The notes under the pieces are model-generated. The model saw only the letters and a list, made by a program, of their open reading frames with translations, was not told the origin of the DNA and made no database searches. Positions 62,861-64,000 of a DNA stretch of 64,000 bases are shown piece by piece. The position numbers were made by a program, and so were the translations under genes. Each line of letters begins with the position of its first letter. Position 1 is the stretch's first letter. This stretch comes from Methanomassiliicoccaceae archaeon (GTDB taxonomy: Archaea > Thermoplasmatota > Thermoplasmata > Methanomassiliicoccales > Methanomassiliicoccaceae): positions 160,001 through 224,000 of the forward strand of contig CAVSJV010000017.1 in NCBI GenBank assembly GCA_963728405.1. Reading direction: 5' to 3'.

Positions 62861-64000
62861 TCAGCGGGAACGCTGATCGAAGAAGTTCAGGACATCATTC
62901 ACCACGAACTCCGAACTGACCACATCCAGGCGGTCGGAGAACTGCGTGGCCCTGCGGTCCAGGATCACCGCCGCACCCACGTCGGTCTCCATCCTGATGA
63001 GGCGGCCAATGGCCTGCAGCAACTTCCTGGTGACCGGCGCCTTGACCGTGTATTCCCAGCCCCGGCCGAACTTGACCTCGTAGTAATGGAGCAGCGCCCT
63101 TTGCTTGGCCGTGGGCTTTGGGTAGGGGATGCCAGCGATGATAGCCGCCTCCAGTTCCCGGTCGGGGAAATCGATTCCCTCGCTTATCCGGCCGCCCATG
63201 ACCGCGAACAGCACCGCTCCCTCCTCGGCGGAGCCCTTGAACATCTCCACCGTCTCCATGAGCTCGTTCTGGGGCATGCCCCGACGCTCGATGTGGACCT
63301 TCCGGCGGATGCGGTGAAGTATGCCGTCGTGTAGGAAGCGGTCCATCAGTGCGTAGGAGGGGAAGAAGACCACGGTATTGCGGTCCAGGACGTTGCACAA
63401 CGATACGGCGTATTCCTCCATCCGGATGACGATGTCCTCGTCCTTGACGATGTCCTCGTAGCGCGTTGTCACATCCTCGAGATAGAACACCTTTCTATTC
63501 TCTGCAGGGAAGGGGGAAGGGAAGGTCATCATCGCCGAGCCCTTGGGAAGGCCGATGGAATCACGGTACTCGTTCAACGGCTGCAGCGTCCCTGACATGT
63601 GGACCGAGGCATGGGAGTCCAGGACCGCCCGGCAGGCCAGGGAGGGGTCCATGCAGTATGCTTCGAACGCCGGGTTCTCTCCCCCGACCACTAGTTTGAC
63701 GTAGCACTCCTCGTCCAGGTCCAGCCAGAAGAGCAGGAAGCCGCCCAGGGAGTGGATGTACGACCGCGGCAGGCGGCCCTGCCCCTTCTTCGCCTCCCTT
63801 ATGCTCTCTCCGTAGGCCATCATGGACTTGGCGGCATTGGCCAACCCGGTGGAGGTGGTGGTGAAGGCGGCCATGAGCCCTTCCTCGAGGAACGGGGGAG
63901 GGATGAGGCCATCGTCCTCAATAAGGAACTCATCCAAAGCTTCCCGCAATCGATTCCGGGCCGCTTCCACGAAATCGAGCACGCTGACGCCGTTCATCAC
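62861..64000 (-). CDS. XPD/Rad3/DinG family DNA helicase, 5' part outside the window
   Basis: [36 protein letters not shown]. Confidence 0.9.
   Translation of the reverse strand: MMNGVSVLDFVEAARNRLREALDEFLIEDDGLIPPPFLEEGLMAAFTTTSTGLANAAKSMMAYGESIREAKKGQGRLPRSYIHSLGGFLLFWLDLDEECYVKLVVGGENPAFEAYCMDPSLACRAVLDSHASVHMSGTLQPLNEYRDSIGLPKGSAMMTFPSPFPAENRKVFYLEDVTTRYEDIVKDEDIVIRMEEYAVSLCNVLDRNTVVFFPSYALMDRFLHDGILHRIRRKVHIERRGMPQNELMETVEMFKGSAEEGAVLFAVMGGRISEGIDFPDRELEAAIIAGIPYPKPTAKQRALLHYYEVKFGRGWEYTVKAPVTRKLLQAIGRLIRMETDVGAAVILDRRATQFSDRLDVVSSEFVVNDVLNFFDQRSR

Overview
GC-rich archaeal chromosome segment. Fibrillarin, Nop5, aIF-5A, uS15, Sm/Lsm, CarS, Kae1, an smc-scpA-scpB operon and a methanogenesis marker 16 protein suggest a methanogen of the Thermoplasmatota, most likely Methanomassiliicoccales (inference, no search run). 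Most of the window is housekeeping: amino-sugar and glycan synthesis, C/D RNP, polyamine, thiamine salvage, DNA repair and an ABC transporter. An accessory stretch at about 12-34 kb holds a decayed ~2.1 kb islet integrated at tRNA-Val(GAC), with a 15-bp att repeat and an integrase stub. It also holds marker 16 next to a cystathionine lyase, an ArsR-ArsM fusion, a divergent aconitase X, a membrane-anchored GH5-like glycoside hydrolase, an orphan dehydrogenase/PTPS(QueD-like)/glycosyltransferase operon, several small unannotated proteins and a radical SAM/SPASM enzyme. About 17 genes, including core ones (glmU, kae1, smc, NAD kinase), are broken by small indels. These are best read as long-read assembly errors, so those genes are reported as single CDSs. 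No CRISPR array, rRNA or intact transposon was seen.
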